Positions 33,302 to 43,800 of a stretch of DNA of 64,000 nucleotides are shown piece by piece. The stretch covers positions 150,908,001 through 150,972,000 of the forward strand of contig OX597817.1 in the NCBI GenBank assembly GCA_951406725.2. Direction: 5' to 3'. The notes beneath the pieces are model-generated. The model saw only the letters and a program-made list of their open reading frames with translations. It made no database searches and was not told the origin of the DNA. The position numbers were made by a program, and so were the translations under genes. Numbering within the stretch: position 1 is the stretch's first letter; every line of letters starts with the position of its first letter. Source of the stretch: Octopus vulgaris. Its lineage: Eukaryota.

Positions 33302-34789
33302 CACGATGGTCTTCTTTCAGTTTCCTTCTACCAAATCTACTCACAGGGCTTTGGTCAGCCTGAGGCTATAGAAGACACTAGCCCAAAGTGCCACGCAATG
33401 AGACTGAACCTGGAACCATGTGATTGGTAAGCAAGCTACTTACCACACAGCCACTCCTGCGCCTGTGAATTTCTTAATTAAAAAAAAAAATTATTATGGA
33501 TATAGTTGACTGATAGATAAAGTAACACAAAGCAAAACATAATTGGAAACTGAAGAAAATTAAGACAGAGACAACAGAAAAAAATTTTTTTAAATGCTTC
33601 ATATTTTTATCACACTGGCAAATAAGTATGTATTTAAAAGACTAACTTCATTTTAAGAAAGCTTTAGCTGAGTTTCAATATTGTGAAAGATGAAAGACAC
33701 ACACACACACACACTCTCTCCCCTACCATTCTCTCTCTTTCATTACCTATTTCTTTACTACCCACAAGTGAATAACACAGAGAGGACAAACAAGGACAGA
33801 CAAATGGATTAAGTTGATTATATTGACCCCAGTGCGTAACTGGTTCTTAATTTATCGACCCCGAAAGGATGAAAGGCAAAGTCAACCTTGGCGGAATTTG
33901 AACCCAGAACGTAATGGCAGACGAAATACCACTAAGCATTTCGCTATTGTTTCTGCCAGCTCACCGCCTTTCACTACCTTTCTCTCCCCTACCATTATCT
34001 TTCTCTACTTTTCTCTTCCCTACCATCCTCTTTCTCACATACACACACAACATGGTGACACTCAATGAAAAGGGAATAAAGTTAAAAAGTAATCTGGCTT
34101 ACCTCAGTACATTTGCGAAATCTTTTGGGACTTACTCCATACTTTGTAGAATTTGTTGCACTTATCTTCTTTTTTTGAGAGACACAGTTTAATTTCCCTC
34201 GAGAATATATACAAAGAGGCAGGTGAGATTTCTGAGATTTTAATGAACTTTGGGTGATAGCTACGTTTTCAATCACAGCATTTGACTGTTTGGTTGGTTC
34301 AACATCGTTACACAGTAAACTGTTATTCAAAGAATGTTTTGAGGAGTCTGAGGTACATAGAACATTTGGGTGATGCTGCAGCTTCTGTGAAGAACAGTCT
34401 TGGTGGAGTAGAATACTTTCACCATTCCTCTGAACAATATCCAAATGAGAAATTTCATTAAGGGTATTACGTTGTTGATTCTGTTGGCTCATCGGATCCC
34501 CTGAAAGTTTCCGTACGGAGGTAGTTTGTTGGTGATAAGAGTTAGCTTTTGAAGGAATGTTACTCTGGTGACAATGGCTGTAGTTTGAACAATGACAGGA
34601 TAATTCCCCAAATGATTTCAGGAATGACTGCTGTTCTGGATTCAAAGAGCCATTGGTCATGGTTTCATGGTCGAATGTAGCATTCTCTTTTTCCATTGAT
34701 GGGGAATGTAGTTTCAAGACTGGAAATGTTGGCTGTGCACTACTATGATAGGAATCATGTAGTTTGTTGTTTTGGTTAGACCCAAACAT
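2858..34789 (-). CDS. F-box/WD40-repeat protein (FBXW7/beta-TrCP/Met30-like SCF substrate receptor), 12 coding exons, 3'-incomplete in window
   Basis: Manually spliced: 34789-34103, 28813-28748, 24298-24154, 21111-20951, 19734-19644, 17403-17339, 14301-14176, 14074-13985, 11959-11871, 10773-10695, 9106-8913, 2915-2858. All introns are GT..AG, phases are compatible and there are no stops (617 aa). F-box [47 protein letters not shown] is followed by GH...WD/WN repeats. No stop exon was found in 1-2857. Confidence 0.93.
3935..4227. ncRNA. Inverted repeat (~120-bp arms), each arm with a type I hammerhead-ribozyme-like motif (Penelope pLTR-like)
   Basis: Plus arm: CTGAAGA 4109-4115, long stem II, GAAAC-AATT-GTA 4175-4186. 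Mirror copy on minus strand 3972-4054. Confidence 0.65.
4240..5786 (-). mobile_element. 5'-truncated CR1/L2-group LINE with reverse transcriptase domain
   Basis: [78 protein letters not shown]. One in-frame stop at 4657-4659; true stop 4384; (TTA)n tail. Confidence 0.95.
5787..6010. ncRNA. Inverted repeat (~85-bp arms) with degenerate hammerhead-like motifs (Penelope pLTR-like)
   Basis: Minus arm reads CTGAAGA-ATATGTTTGAG-TTCT-CTCAACATAT-GGAAC-TGTT-AGTA. Plus arm CTGAAGA 5928-5934 ... GGAAC 5960-5964. Each arm ends in AATAAA. Confidence 0.5.
6540..7105 (-). mobile_element. RTE-type LINE remnant with nested SINE (6695-6947)
   Basis: [19 protein letters not shown] motif and upstream [11 protein letters not shown]-like sequence. 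Confidence 0.6.
8299..8838 (-). mobile_element. Retroposon family C (GTTGGCGTTAGGAAGGGCATCC core, ~60-bp internal tandem units, (GAT)n tail)
   Basis: Near-collinear copy at 40273-40805; partial copies 1-210, 1427-1645, 6695-6947, 26795-26987, 45387-45690, 59150-59572, 63344-63652. Confidence 0.82.
8913..9106 (-). CDS. FBXW-like coding exon 11 (WD5, start of WD6)
   Basis: aaacag|[65 protein letters not shown]|gtaaag; 194 nt. Confidence 0.95.
10695..10773 (-). CDS. FBXW-like coding exon 10 (WD4)
   Basis: ttttag|[26 protein letters not shown]|gtaatt; 79 nt. Confidence 0.95.
11483..11703. mobile_element. piggyBac-type MITE
   Basis: TTAA|CCCTTTAGCATT ... AATGCTAAAGAG|TTAA; related copies at 10863-11292 and ~41587-41790. 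Confidence 0.8.
11871..11959 (-). CDS. FBXW-like coding exon 9 (WD3)
   Basis: ctgtag|[30 protein letters not shown]|gtaaga; 89 nt. Confidence 0.95.
12013..12379 (-). mobile_element. SINE family B (tRNA-derived head, CORE-like CCTTGGGCAAGTG, internal TA/TG microsatellite)
   Basis: Repeated consensus; other copies ~9558-9900(+), 13360-13725, 16788-17198, 33087-33465, 42637-43029, 52719-53089, 55812-56180, 57143-57505 (all -), 60672-61327(+), 62407-62970(+). Confidence 0.88.
13985..14074 (-). CDS. FBXW-like coding exon 8 (WD2/WD3)
   Basis: acatag|[30 protein letters not shown]|gtaaga; 90 nt, after a 101-bp intron. Confidence 0.94.
14176..14301 (-). CDS. FBXW-like coding exon 7 (WD2)
   Basis: taacag|[42 protein letters not shown]|gtaagc; 126 nt. 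Confidence 0.95.
14852..15046. repeat. Foldback inverted repeat flanked by ~80-bp direct repeats
   Basis: TTCTGTTGTGTCTGAGGAGAGTCATTTTCTTTTTGTACCTTATAATGTAA ... TTACATTATAAGGTACAAAAAGAAAATGACTCTCCCCAGACGCAACAGAA; direct repeats ~14670-14748 and ~15045-15123. Confidence 0.85.
15752..16135 (-). mobile_element. tRNA-derived SINE (family D, body type 1)
   Basis: Reverse complement of the 29.9-kb copy; 13-bp TSD AAGGGTGATAAGT (15739-15751, 16136-16148). Confidence 0.9.
17339..17403 (-). CDS. FBXW-like coding exon 6 (WD1)
   Basis: ttatag|(G)[21 protein letters not shown]|gtatgt; 65 nt. Confidence 0.94.
18114..18344 (-). mobile_element. SINE family A nested in a family B SINE
   Basis: 15-bp TSD CACAAAACCATATCT. 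Further copies: ~18781-18975, 22320-22532, 33747-33970, 60829-61034, 61385-61815, 63655-63862. Confidence 0.85.
19644..19734 (-). CDS. FBXW-like coding exon 5 (linker helix, start of WD1)
   Basis: tttcag|[31 protein letters not shown]|gtaaat; the L-x-x-N-W-x-x-G motif is typical of F-box/WD proteins. Confidence 0.94.
20951..21111 (-). CDS. FBXW-like coding exon 4 (second half of F-box, linker)
   Basis: ttacag|[33 protein letters not shown]...GCIQ|gtaaat; 161 nt. Confidence 0.93.
21548..21870 (-). mobile_element. 3' fragment of the same CR1-type LINE family
   Basis: Near-identical to 4250-4555 ([23 protein letters not shown]...RQHYT* plus 3'UTR and tail); a ~35-bp tail-only copy lies at ~32140-32172. 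Confidence 0.9.
24154..24298 (-). CDS. FBXW-like coding exon 3 (end of D-like domain, start of F-box)
   Basis: tctag|[48 protein letters not shown]|gtgagt; 145 nt. Confidence 0.92.
24722..25138 (-). mobile_element. SINE family A, dimeric form
   Basis: One head plus two tandem bodies; same architecture at 2275-2679 (+) and 48459-48860 (-). Confidence 0.85.
25865..25911. repeat. Perfect 47-bp palindrome (23-bp arms, 1-nt spacer)
   Basis: CCATATTAGAAAGGATTTAAAAC-T-GTTTTAAATCCTTTCTAATATGG. Confidence 0.95.
26057..26436. mobile_element. hAT (Charlie-like) MITE with an internal 35-bp tandem array
   Basis: TIRs CAATAGTTCCCAAA / TTTGGGAACCACTG; perfect 8-bp TSD GTCTACAC (26049-26056, 26437-26444). 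Confidence 0.88.
27222..27885. mobile_element. MITE-like element with ~75-bp terminal inverted repeats, inserted into an old SINE
   Basis: TTTTTTCCCATGAGAGTTCCGGATCCCAGTAATGAATTCATTTGCATACAGCCAATCAGAGCTCA is mirrored at 27810-27876. Confidence 0.75.
28748..28813 (-). CDS. FBXW-like coding exon 2 ([22 protein letters not shown], dimerization-domain-like)
   Basis: tttcag| ... TTG|gtaag; 66 nt, phase 0-0; W-F-x3-N-x-E-Q pattern like pre-F-box D domains. Confidence 0.85.
28968..30525 (-). mobile_element. Decayed mariner (Tc1/mariner) transposon, interrupted by a SINE
   Basis: ATG 30420 [15 protein letters not shown]...[20 protein letters not shown]; [30 protein letters not shown] fragments with frameshifts; TA-CAAGGGTTGGCTGAAAAG end at 28966 and a degenerate inverse TTCAGTCCACCCTCA-TA near 30525. 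Confidence 0.88.
29933..30318 (+). mobile_element. tRNA-derived SINE (family D, body type 1) inserted in the mariner
   Basis: A box TGGCCCAGTGG, B box GTTTCGATTCC; 13-bp TSD ATTATCCCCTAAT (29920-29932, 30319-30331). Confidence 0.9.
31297..31600 (+). mobile_element. tRNA-derived SINE (family D head, alternative body type 2)
   Basis: Same first ~190 bp as the 29.9-kb copy, then GCGATGGACTG..TCCTGTCCAG; related minus-strand copy 41810-42097. Confidence 0.85.
34103..34789 (-). CDS. FBXW-like coding exon 1 (229 aa low-complexity S/N/Q/H-rich N-terminus)
   Basis: Acceptor ttttag| at 34802, ATG in GCAGCCATG context at 34789, open frame MFGSNQNNK...[10 protein letters not shown], donor GAG|gtaagc at 34103, phase 0. 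Confidence 0.8.
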
Positions 34790-35381
34790 GGCTGCATTTA
34801 GCCTAAAAGAGAAAAACACAGAAATAGAATACAATCAGTTAAATATAACTACAAATTAAACAGTTTAATATTTAGCTTTTTTTTAAAAAAGAATTACCAA
34901 GTTTTTCAAATTCCTAACCTGTTACTCCCCACCACCTTCTACTGCTTAATCCCCACCCTTGATAACTTGTTTATTTTTCTTTCTTTTCTTCCTGTAAAAA
35001 TGTTAATAAAAACAAAATCTCAGGCCAAAAAGTAAAACATTAAACAAAAAAACAATCAAATATACTTGGAATTTTTTTTTTGAAACATAGAATTACAAAA
35101 ATTATCATCATTAGCTCATCATATAAATTCAGTATTTACAAGTGTATATAAAAGTTTTTGCTATAACGATTTGTAGGCTTATATCTTTTCTGCATAAAGA
35201 ATTAAGTTGTTACTGTTTTTCTTTGTGTGTTTCAGTTTTCCACTTTTTTTTAATAAGATACTTAGCAGCAATATATTTTGAGCAAACCAAGTCAGATATC
35301 TAATTATTTTCTTTTCTAGCTAGAACATCTCCACTTACAGGGAAAAGATTCAACCAGCTAGAAACAATAGCCAAAGGCTAT

Positions 35382-35610
35382 TAAGGTGGCGAGCTGGCAG
35401 AATCGTTTGCACGCCAGGCAAAATGCTTAGCGGTATTTTGTCTGCCGCTACATTCTGGGTTCAAATTCCGCTGAGGTCAACTTGCCTTTCATCCTTACGG
35501 GGTCGATTAAATAAGTACCAGTTACGCACTGGGGTTGATATAATCGACTTAATCCGTTTGTCCTTGTTTGTACTCTCTCTGTGTAGCCCCTTGTAGGCAG
35601 TAAAGAAATA
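35382..35610 (+). mobile_element. SINE family A (Nin/Deu-domain-like)
   Basis: GCCTTTCATCCTT.CGGGGTCGAT.AAAT.AGTACCAG core; 16-bp TSD AGAAACAATAGCCAAA. Confidence 0.85.
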
Positions 35611-36676
35611 AGAAACAATAGCCAAATCCACCTAAAATCACACTCATGTCTTAAATAAAAGCATGAAATAATGTAGTTTTAGATATCCTTAAAAAGACAG
35701 GATCATCACAGGTGGAATGTCTGATCATAGGTCTACCAAATTAGGGCCAAACTGGGGCTAAACAACACAGGAATCCTTTTCACCAACTCTCCCCTATAAA
35801 CATGAGATTTCATGCTTCTTTTAGTCTAACTGTATTGGACTACTTTCAGAACAAGCTTAACTGCTAGCCATCCAAACAAGTGTTGCACATTCTTTCACTT
35901 ACACAAAAAGTAACAAAAGCTTAAAAGAAATTGATGCTACACCTGTGCACATTCCTACACACTTGGCAGCACTGCTAGCACGGTTCATTAACTTGTATAT
36001 TCTTCATCTATGACATGCAAATCTTAAAACTGAATTTCTTATGTATATGTAAAGTTGAACTTATTTTATGTAATGTTAATGAGATTCAAAAGATTCTAGT
36101 TTCATTCTTGTAAAATGCACAATTAAATACAAACAACCCAGTAGCTACCGAAGTTGAAAAGCATACGAATTACGATACTGTTCAGTTATCAACACACACA
36201 CGCACACATGAGAGAGAGAGAGAGAGAGAGAGAGTGGGAGAGTGGGAGATTGAGAGAGAGAGAGAGAGTGGGAGATTAAGAGAGAAAAAAGAATTTAGTG
36301 AATAAATACTTTGATAAAATAACGATGGGATCAAGCCAGGAATTTCTTGTGTAGCTGTGGGCAACAAGCCCAGCGGTACACAAGAAAATCTTTTCAAGTT
36401 GCAGAGAAAAATCAATGATAAAGTAGCAAAAATCAAATGTTAATTCGACACGTTGAAAAGTTAGCTCTGATTGCTAAGGTGGATGTTTCCGCCAGGTCAG
36501 GTAGATTACATTGATATTTCATTTTGTAAGAGAAGAAAGGTATTAAAAAACAGAAGAAAAACCCTCTGCCATGGAAATTAGATAGAATATCGAGCGTCTT
36601 ACAACGAATGCATTTGCCAAAATTACAGTTCATATTGTTATAAAGTCGAGATCAATACATTCCTAACATTTTTGAT

Positions 36677-36680
<4 letters not shown>

Positions 36681-36733
<53 letters not shown>
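36681..36733. repeat. (AT)n(AC)n microsatellite in the putative first intron
   Basis: Directly visible; other microsatellites at ~16980-17042, 56185-56250, 58866-58940. Confidence 0.95.
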
Positions 36734-36734
<1 letters not shown>

Positions 36735-37037
36735 GTCCTAATAGAAATTAGTTAATGTGAATATAAACGATAGTATAATAAATGCCGTAAGAAAAAGTAT
36801 GGGATTACAATAGTTTGTTAAAATCGAATCGAAGCTCTTAAAATCGAAGTTGACAACTAGGTAAGCCGCTTTTACAAAAAAGAAATTACGAAAAGTTTAA
36901 GAGTTGCACAACCTTATAAACTTTAGTAATAACAGTTCTTTAAACCCATCAAATCGAACTGTTGTCTATAAAAACCACGACAGAAAATACAAATGCAATA
37001 AAGAAGTTTTTCTGAACTATAAAACGATAAGACTTAC

Positions 37038-37150
37038 CTAATTTATTAATGGACCGTCCGAAACTTTTTTAGAACAAATACATAAATGAAATGAGAGTCT
37101 TAAAAGAAAAATAAGACAAACCTCTACTGATAAGATTTATATCTGGTGTA
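37038..37150 (-). other. Putative non-coding first (5'UTR) exon of the FBXW-like gene; 5' boundary approximate
   Basis: Strong minus-strand donor TAG|gtaagt ending at 37038 in a CpG-enriched, transposon-free zone. Coding exon 1 has an acceptor 13 nt upstream of its ATG, so an upstream exon is required. Confidence 0.55.
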
Positions 37151-39611
37151 AGAGCTACAATAAGTGGCGGAAAATCTATTGGGCAGGAAATAATTTGCAT
37201 AGAATGATTAAATGAAAGAAAATGTGGGACGGTTTAATTTCGTCTCACCTTTTTGTTGATCTGTCACCAATAGGAATGTTAGAGTTATCCTCCCTTGCAC
37301 TAAACCATCGGACAGTTTTACCTTCCCCCCTCTTTATATCTAGAAAGTCATCCAGGTAGGGTAGTAGTAAGTGAAGTAGGTTTTCTTAGCGATAGAGACG
37401 TTGTCCCCCGCCTACATGTTCCATTACAGATCTCAGGCACTTAAGTTATTACATTTCAAAAGTTTAAAACCAAAACGAAAATATAAAAATGCTTTCGCGA
37501 TTTCTACTTACGTGGCTATAAAACTGTCGTGTAACACGAGCTGAACAATACTTAGCAAATTGATAATGGTATAGTCATTGTTATATAAAACTCTTTCTTC
37601 ACTGCTTTAAATACAATAAAGTACAAAAGTTACGGGTCACAATTAGTTTTAATGACAATTAGCTGGAGATAATAAACACCCAGGTAAAACTACTTTAGAA
37701 AGTAAAGATTCTTGTTTATTCTACACGTGTCTGTTTCACAAAGGTGCGTCCACGAAATATTCCTTACAATACGAGATGAATTGTAAACACGGGAAAAACA
37801 GAAAAATACGAATGATTAAGCAAGTTATATTAGCTGTTATATATACTGATGGGAAACCGAATTTGTTGTCCGGTTTAAGGATGGTCTGTTAAGCAGAACC
37901 GTTAGAGTGTCATGCGAAATGAAGTGTGATATAGAGTTACGGCTCGTTCAGCTCTTAATTAAAATCCCGCCGTAGTTTAACTTTCCTTTTCTGGGGTCAT
38001 AAAAAAGTGCCAATCAAGTACTGGGATCAATATAACCGTCTGTTCACTTCTCCAGTTTATCGCCCTGTTCAACGCCAGACCCATGAGCGCCTTCAGCAGA
38101 GTCCTCAGTTGCAAGTAAGTCAGGTCTCCAGTTTGAGGGATAACTTCCTCACACTAGTTTCGTAGGGCATAAAAAATGTTATGGGTGCAACCCTTCATTC
38201 TATCTCTGACTAAGCCACCAAAAATGTAGGGATTACAAGACTTAAAAACGAAACAAAAAACAACTCCCTCCACTCACTCATTCTAATGAAAAGCCATGTT
38301 CCCATCCCTAAAACTAGCTTTCAGACCTAGAATAATTTAGTGTTAGCATAATGCAAAAATGCTAAATGAGGTTTAAAAATTTAATGAGAAGTACTTGCAA
38401 TGAGAAAAAAAGCAACCTTATCATTATTTAAGTCTGTTTTCCATGCTGGCATGGGATGGACAGTTTGGCAGGGTCTGGTGAGCTGCAAGGCTGCATCAAT
38501 GTCAGCTCTAAATGGTTTCTATGGCTGGATGTCTTTCCTAATGTCAAACACTTAAGTGTGTATTAGGTGCTTTTTTTTCTGCCTGCCACTAGCATGTGAG
38601 ATTGCCAGGTAACTTACAAGACAAGAAAAAGGAAATAAGTCCTCTTGACTAAGAGGGTGGGAAGGGCTATTGAGAGGTGGAGATGGTTGTATGTCATGTG
38701 TTGAGAGACTAAGAAGTATGATAGAGGGACAAGCCCAGGTGTCTTGCTGTAGAGGAGATACATGGTTACTCCACATTATACAGTGGTGGGTGGGAGTAAA
38801 TGGAAAGAAGGGAGATACTGAAGGTATGTTTCTGTACTTTTGGCCTTTCGCAGTTAAGTATACACTTCCTCATACATGCTGACATAGTGATGAGATAATC
38901 ATTAAGTAAGTTCATAACATTATCACAAGTACAAACGAAAAAGTATTTGGATTAGAAAAAAAAAATCATTGAGATTAATTGCTCAAGGCTGCCATCTGCA
39001 TGAAAAATGACAGTTAAGGTAAACACCAAAACAGTAAATTAATGAGATTGAATTATAGTACATTTTGAAGATTAATGAAGTTAGTTTTCTTTCTTTCATT
39101 TATTTTATTTTTTCCTAATCAAAACACCTTTTTGTAGGATCAATATTTTATTAATGCTTTTAAACTCATCCTTTTTGAATGAATTATTGTTCACTTTCTA
39201 ATCTTGTTTCCTGTTTTTTTTTTTGTTGTTGTAGTAATTTTTCTAAATAACTCAGTGTCGATGTGAAATGAATTGAAAACTTTGAAATGTAGAAATGAAT
39301 TAAGAAATTTTCAAAAACTGCTTCCAGTTTTTTGTACTAAGATCTATTTTTAATACTGCAAATAAAATTTATTAAAAATTTAATTTTTCTGTTGAATTAT
39401 ATATAGCTAGCAAAGTATCCATAGAAATTTATAAGATTTATTTCTATTCTTGTTGAGTAATTCTTAATCTTTCTACTCCAGGCCTTGTTCCAGTATCTTG
39501 TGTGTCATTTTGTTGTCTTTCAGTTACTTTTACTGTTTTTTGTCAAACCTTGCTCTATTTTCTTCATGTGTTTCATTTTGTCTTCTTTCAATTATTTTTA
39601 TACAGAGTATT

Positions 39612-39995
39612 GCTTTACATTCTCTGGAAAAACGCCGCTGCCGTGGTGATCTCATTCTCGCCCACAACATCATAAGCGGAAAGTGTAACCTCTCGAAAGA
39701 GCTGTTCTTCACTCCTGCTCCAGAGCGTCAGCTGCGGGGTCATTCCGAAAAGCTCTACCTGCAACAATTTCATCTCAATTGAAGGAGAGGAGCTTTCTCC
39801 GTCCGGGTTGCGGATCCGTGGAACAAGCTGCCAGACGAGATGGTGAAGATGCCGACGACCGCTTTGTTCAAAGCCTCCCTGGACCTCAAGTGGCCTGAAC
39901 TCTTTACATGAACACCACCCTGTACTTAACTCCATGTCCCCCTACATGGCCTTGCTATTTGCTTTTGAGCCAAATTAACTAACTAACTAACTAAC
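39612..39995 (+). mobile_element. 3' fragment of a second CR1/L2-group LINE family
   Basis: SLEKRRCRGDLI...LRGHSEKL...FSVRVADPWNKLP C-terminal motif, (TAAC)n tail. Confidence 0.85.
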
Positions 39996-40272
39996 TTTTC
40001 TTGTGTTTGTTTTGTGGCACTACTACTCTCTAACACATCCACAACGGGCTTCCTATGATAATTATCTTTCTGCAGTTCAAAGTTGAATAGTTTCTCTACA
40101 ACAGAGATCTTCATCTTGTTCTGTTTGAAAAGTCATTTCTTATTCTTACACTGTCACTCCCCCTACTCTTCAACATTTTTTCTCTTTCTCTATACCGTTC
40201 CCTCTCTTTCTCCCTGCCTCATTAAAAATCTACCATTTCTCTTCATTTCTTAACATTTATACTCTGACACTT

Positions 40273-40805
40273 TCATCATCATCATCATCATCATTTAACA
40301 TCCGCTTTCCATGCTAGCATGGGTTGGGCGATTTGACTGAGGTCTGGCGAACCAGATGGCTGCACCAGGCTCCAATCTTATCTGACAGCTGGTAGCCCTT
40401 CCTAACACCAACCATTCCGAGGGTGTAGTGGGTGCTTTTACGTGCCACCGGCATGAGGGCCAGTCAGGTGGTACTGGCAATGGCCACGCTCAAATGGTGC
40501 TTTTTATGTGCCACCGGCACAGGAGCCAGTCCAGCAGCAGTGGCAACGACCTCACTCAAATGTTTTTTTCGCATGCCACCAGCACAAGTGCCAGTAAGGC
40601 GATGCTGGTAATGATCACGCTTGAATGGTGCTTTTACGTGCCACCGGCACAGAAGCCAGTTTGTTGCACTGGCAACAATCATGCTTGGATAGTATTCTTA
40701 GCGCTCCACTAGCACGGATGGCAGTCATTGAATTTGATTTTGATTTCACTTGCCTCAACAGGTCTTTGCAAGCAGAGTTTAGTGTCCAATGAAGGAAAAG
40801 TACAC
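40273..40805 (-). mobile_element. Retroposon family C
   Basis: Matches 8299-8838 over its length. Confidence 0.82.
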
Positions 40806-43800
40806 TTTAAATAATATAAACAAATTTCTATCTCATACTATCTAATTCCTCCTATTATATATCTGTTTTTTGTTTTACTTCTCCTATACTTTAGAACTTA
40901 CACTGTCTCTTTCAATTTTTATTTCATCACTCCCTATATTTCAGTTGTTGCTGACATGACTACTTGTCTCATGAGCATTATTTACTGCTGACTATTTCTC
41001 TCCCAACCCACCTCCTACACTGTCACTCCCCTCTTCTCTTTATAATACTCTCTCTCTTTCACCTCTTTTGGCACAGCTACTGCTTTCTCTTTTCATATTT
41101 CTATACATGAAAGAAAGACAAAAACCAACAAAGAAAAATAGTTACTTGACATTTTATATAAAAAATTATGACTAATAAACAATTTGCATTGAGATGTCAT
41201 TACTTTAAATCCATTGTAGAAGTTGTTGTATAGCCCCAGGTCAATCCAGATAAAGCAAGCTGATGAGCAAAGGAACCATCCAGTTTTTTTTCCCTATAAG
41301 CAAGGAACCTAAGACCACAGTATCCAAGATGTCCTTTTTAACACAGCAGAGTGTGAGTGAAATAATTTGGCTGTTATTTCTAGCAGATCAGCAGCCATGT
41401 TGAGGTTCACTCGTTAGCTCTAAGTTGTTTATTCTCAAGTCATTTCTGATCAAAGACATTCAGTCGTGACCGTCTCCATCAAGAATAACATGGACTGTAT
41501 CATAGAATGTGTCATTTTTTAAAGTTGGTTTATTGTGGTTTGAGAGAAAAGATTTAGTTGTTATTTCTCACAAGTCAAGTGATTAACCCTTTAGTGTTTA
41601 AACCGGCTATATCCGGCTCAAATATTCTACTCATTTTATGCTCAAACTGGCCAGAACCAGTATCTCACATCTACCCTGCAATGTCATTCTAAAAATAAAC
41701 AATTACATCTTTCAAATCTTGAAGCTACAAGATAATACCAGATTAATTTTTAAAAATGTAAATGAATAAAGATTACTTTTGACATATTTATTAGTTAAGT
41801 GCTAGTTTGTTCCTCCTCAAGCCATGCCTGGCTCATTAGGGCCGGTTTCCTTGGCGTATAGGTTCCCCACCTGGACGGGACGCTGGTCCGTTGCAAGTGA
41901 GCTGCAAGATGCAGGAGGAAAAAGTGAGAGAAAGTTGTGGCGAAAGAGTCAGCAGAAGTTCACCATTACTTTCTGCCAGAGCCGCATGGAGCTTAGGTGT
42001 TTTCGCTCATTAATACACACATCGCCCAGTCTGAGATTCGAACCCGCGATCCCTCGACTGCGAGTCCGCTGCTCTAACCACTAGGCCATGTGCCTCAACT
42101 AAGTGCTGGTAAGGACACCATATTTCATTATGTGACCATAGTATACTACAAAGTATATTAAAGCCTTATAAGTCAATAATGTGTCCTACCTGTGTTAGCA
42201 GTGCTATAACTTCACTTTTTAAAGACATCTCTGCAGATACTTTATAGAAATTAGAGGCAGCATTGATTTGTTATGATCAGAGAAACAAATCAAAGCTGGC
42301 TATAATCTCTATAGAATATCAGCAGTGATAACCTTAAAAAGTGATATCTGTTAGTATCCACCTAATAATCAGTCAATCAATATGTAGTGCTGAGTTTCCA
42401 TGAATAACTTATGGACCAAATATAGCATTCCATTATGTAGATACTCTGTGTAAAATGTCAGACTGAAGTAGTTTTAGAGAAATTTACCCTATTTGGAAAA
42501 ATAAGATTATAACAAAGATTTGTATTTTTTCTTTTTAAGAGCAACAATAATTTCAGTTGTCTCTATGGATGTGAAATATGAGTGTTAGGTGTTGAACAGG
42601 ATCTTGAAATGAAATGTTGCAGGAAGATCCTACAATTCTTTTACTTGTTTCAGTCATTTGACTGCAGCCATGCTGCAGCACTGCCTCTAGTCGAACAAAT
42701 CGACCCCAGGACTTATTCTTTGGAAGCCTAGTACTTATTCTATCAGTCACTTTTGCTGAACCACTAAGTTACGGGGATGCAAACACACCACCATCGGTTG
42801 TCAAGCGATGTTGGGAGGACAAACACAGACACACAAACACACACATATATATATATACACATACATACATACATACAACAGGCTTCTTTCAGTTTCCATC
42901 TACCAAATCCACTAACAAGGCTTTGGTCAGCCTGAGGCTATAGTAGAAGACACTTGCCCAAGGTGCCACGCAGTGGGAATGAACCTGGAACCATGTGGTT
43001 GGTAAGAAAGCTACTTACCACACAGCCAATGTTGAAAAAAAAAAATAACTGCAAACCATGAAACTTGATTAATTTTAAAAAGGTTGGAAATGAAGTGGTT
43101 TAATCATGTAACACACACACCAAAAGGGCATTCTACCTCTCTAGCAAAGGTTAATTTTGGACAAACACCTAGTAATAGAAGAATGGGAAGACCACAAAGA
43201 GGTGGTGGTAGTTGAGAAACATTAATGCATGGACAGAGAAGATGGTAGAAAACATGGTTAGCTGATGATCAGATAAGGTGGAGTGTGTGTGTTATGTCCC
43301 TTATTGAGAACTTACAGCCTCCTGATTTTAATTGATTAATTAATTATATTACCACCACAAAAGAAAATGACGAGCTTTTAAGTTTCAGGAATGAAATTAT
43401 AAAAGTTGCTTTGAGTCTTTTGTAATAAGATCTATTTATGTTGCAATTAAAGCTAATTAAATCTAATTTATCTGTTAATTCTTTCTTCATGTGAAAGGTC
43501 TAGGGTAAGAGCTAAACTGTTGATAACTTTTTAGTTGTTTTGGCAAACCATCATCATGTGCTCTTTCAGTCCTTACCTCCTGTGCCACCAGATAATTGTG
43601 GTTGGAAGATTGCCAACAAACCCAGCAATCTTTAGTTGAGAGACCACTGCAACTACTTAATTTATTATTTTTAAAACCAAAAAGTAAGAGATGAAGAGAG
43701 AGAGAGACAAAGAGTAGAGGGAACTTTTTAGTCTTGTAAGGGACCACCCCTCTAGTGCTAGTAGCAAGATAAAATGTATCAGTCTTTGCTGTAAATTGGT

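Larger units (their letters stand above)
36400..38100. promoter_or_regulatory. Putative promoter region of the FBXW-like gene
   Basis: Visibly more CpG and no recognisable SINEs. E2F-like GTGGCGGAAAA 37164-37174 and TTTCGCG ~37494; CCAAT motifs ~37178 (ATTGG) and ~37267; octamer ATTTGCAT 37193-37200. Confidence 0.5.

Noticed and set aside
2858-34789. Assigning the symbol FBXW7 or BTRC
   Set aside because: Domain architecture fits, but diagnostic residues differ; orthology cannot be established without phylogeny
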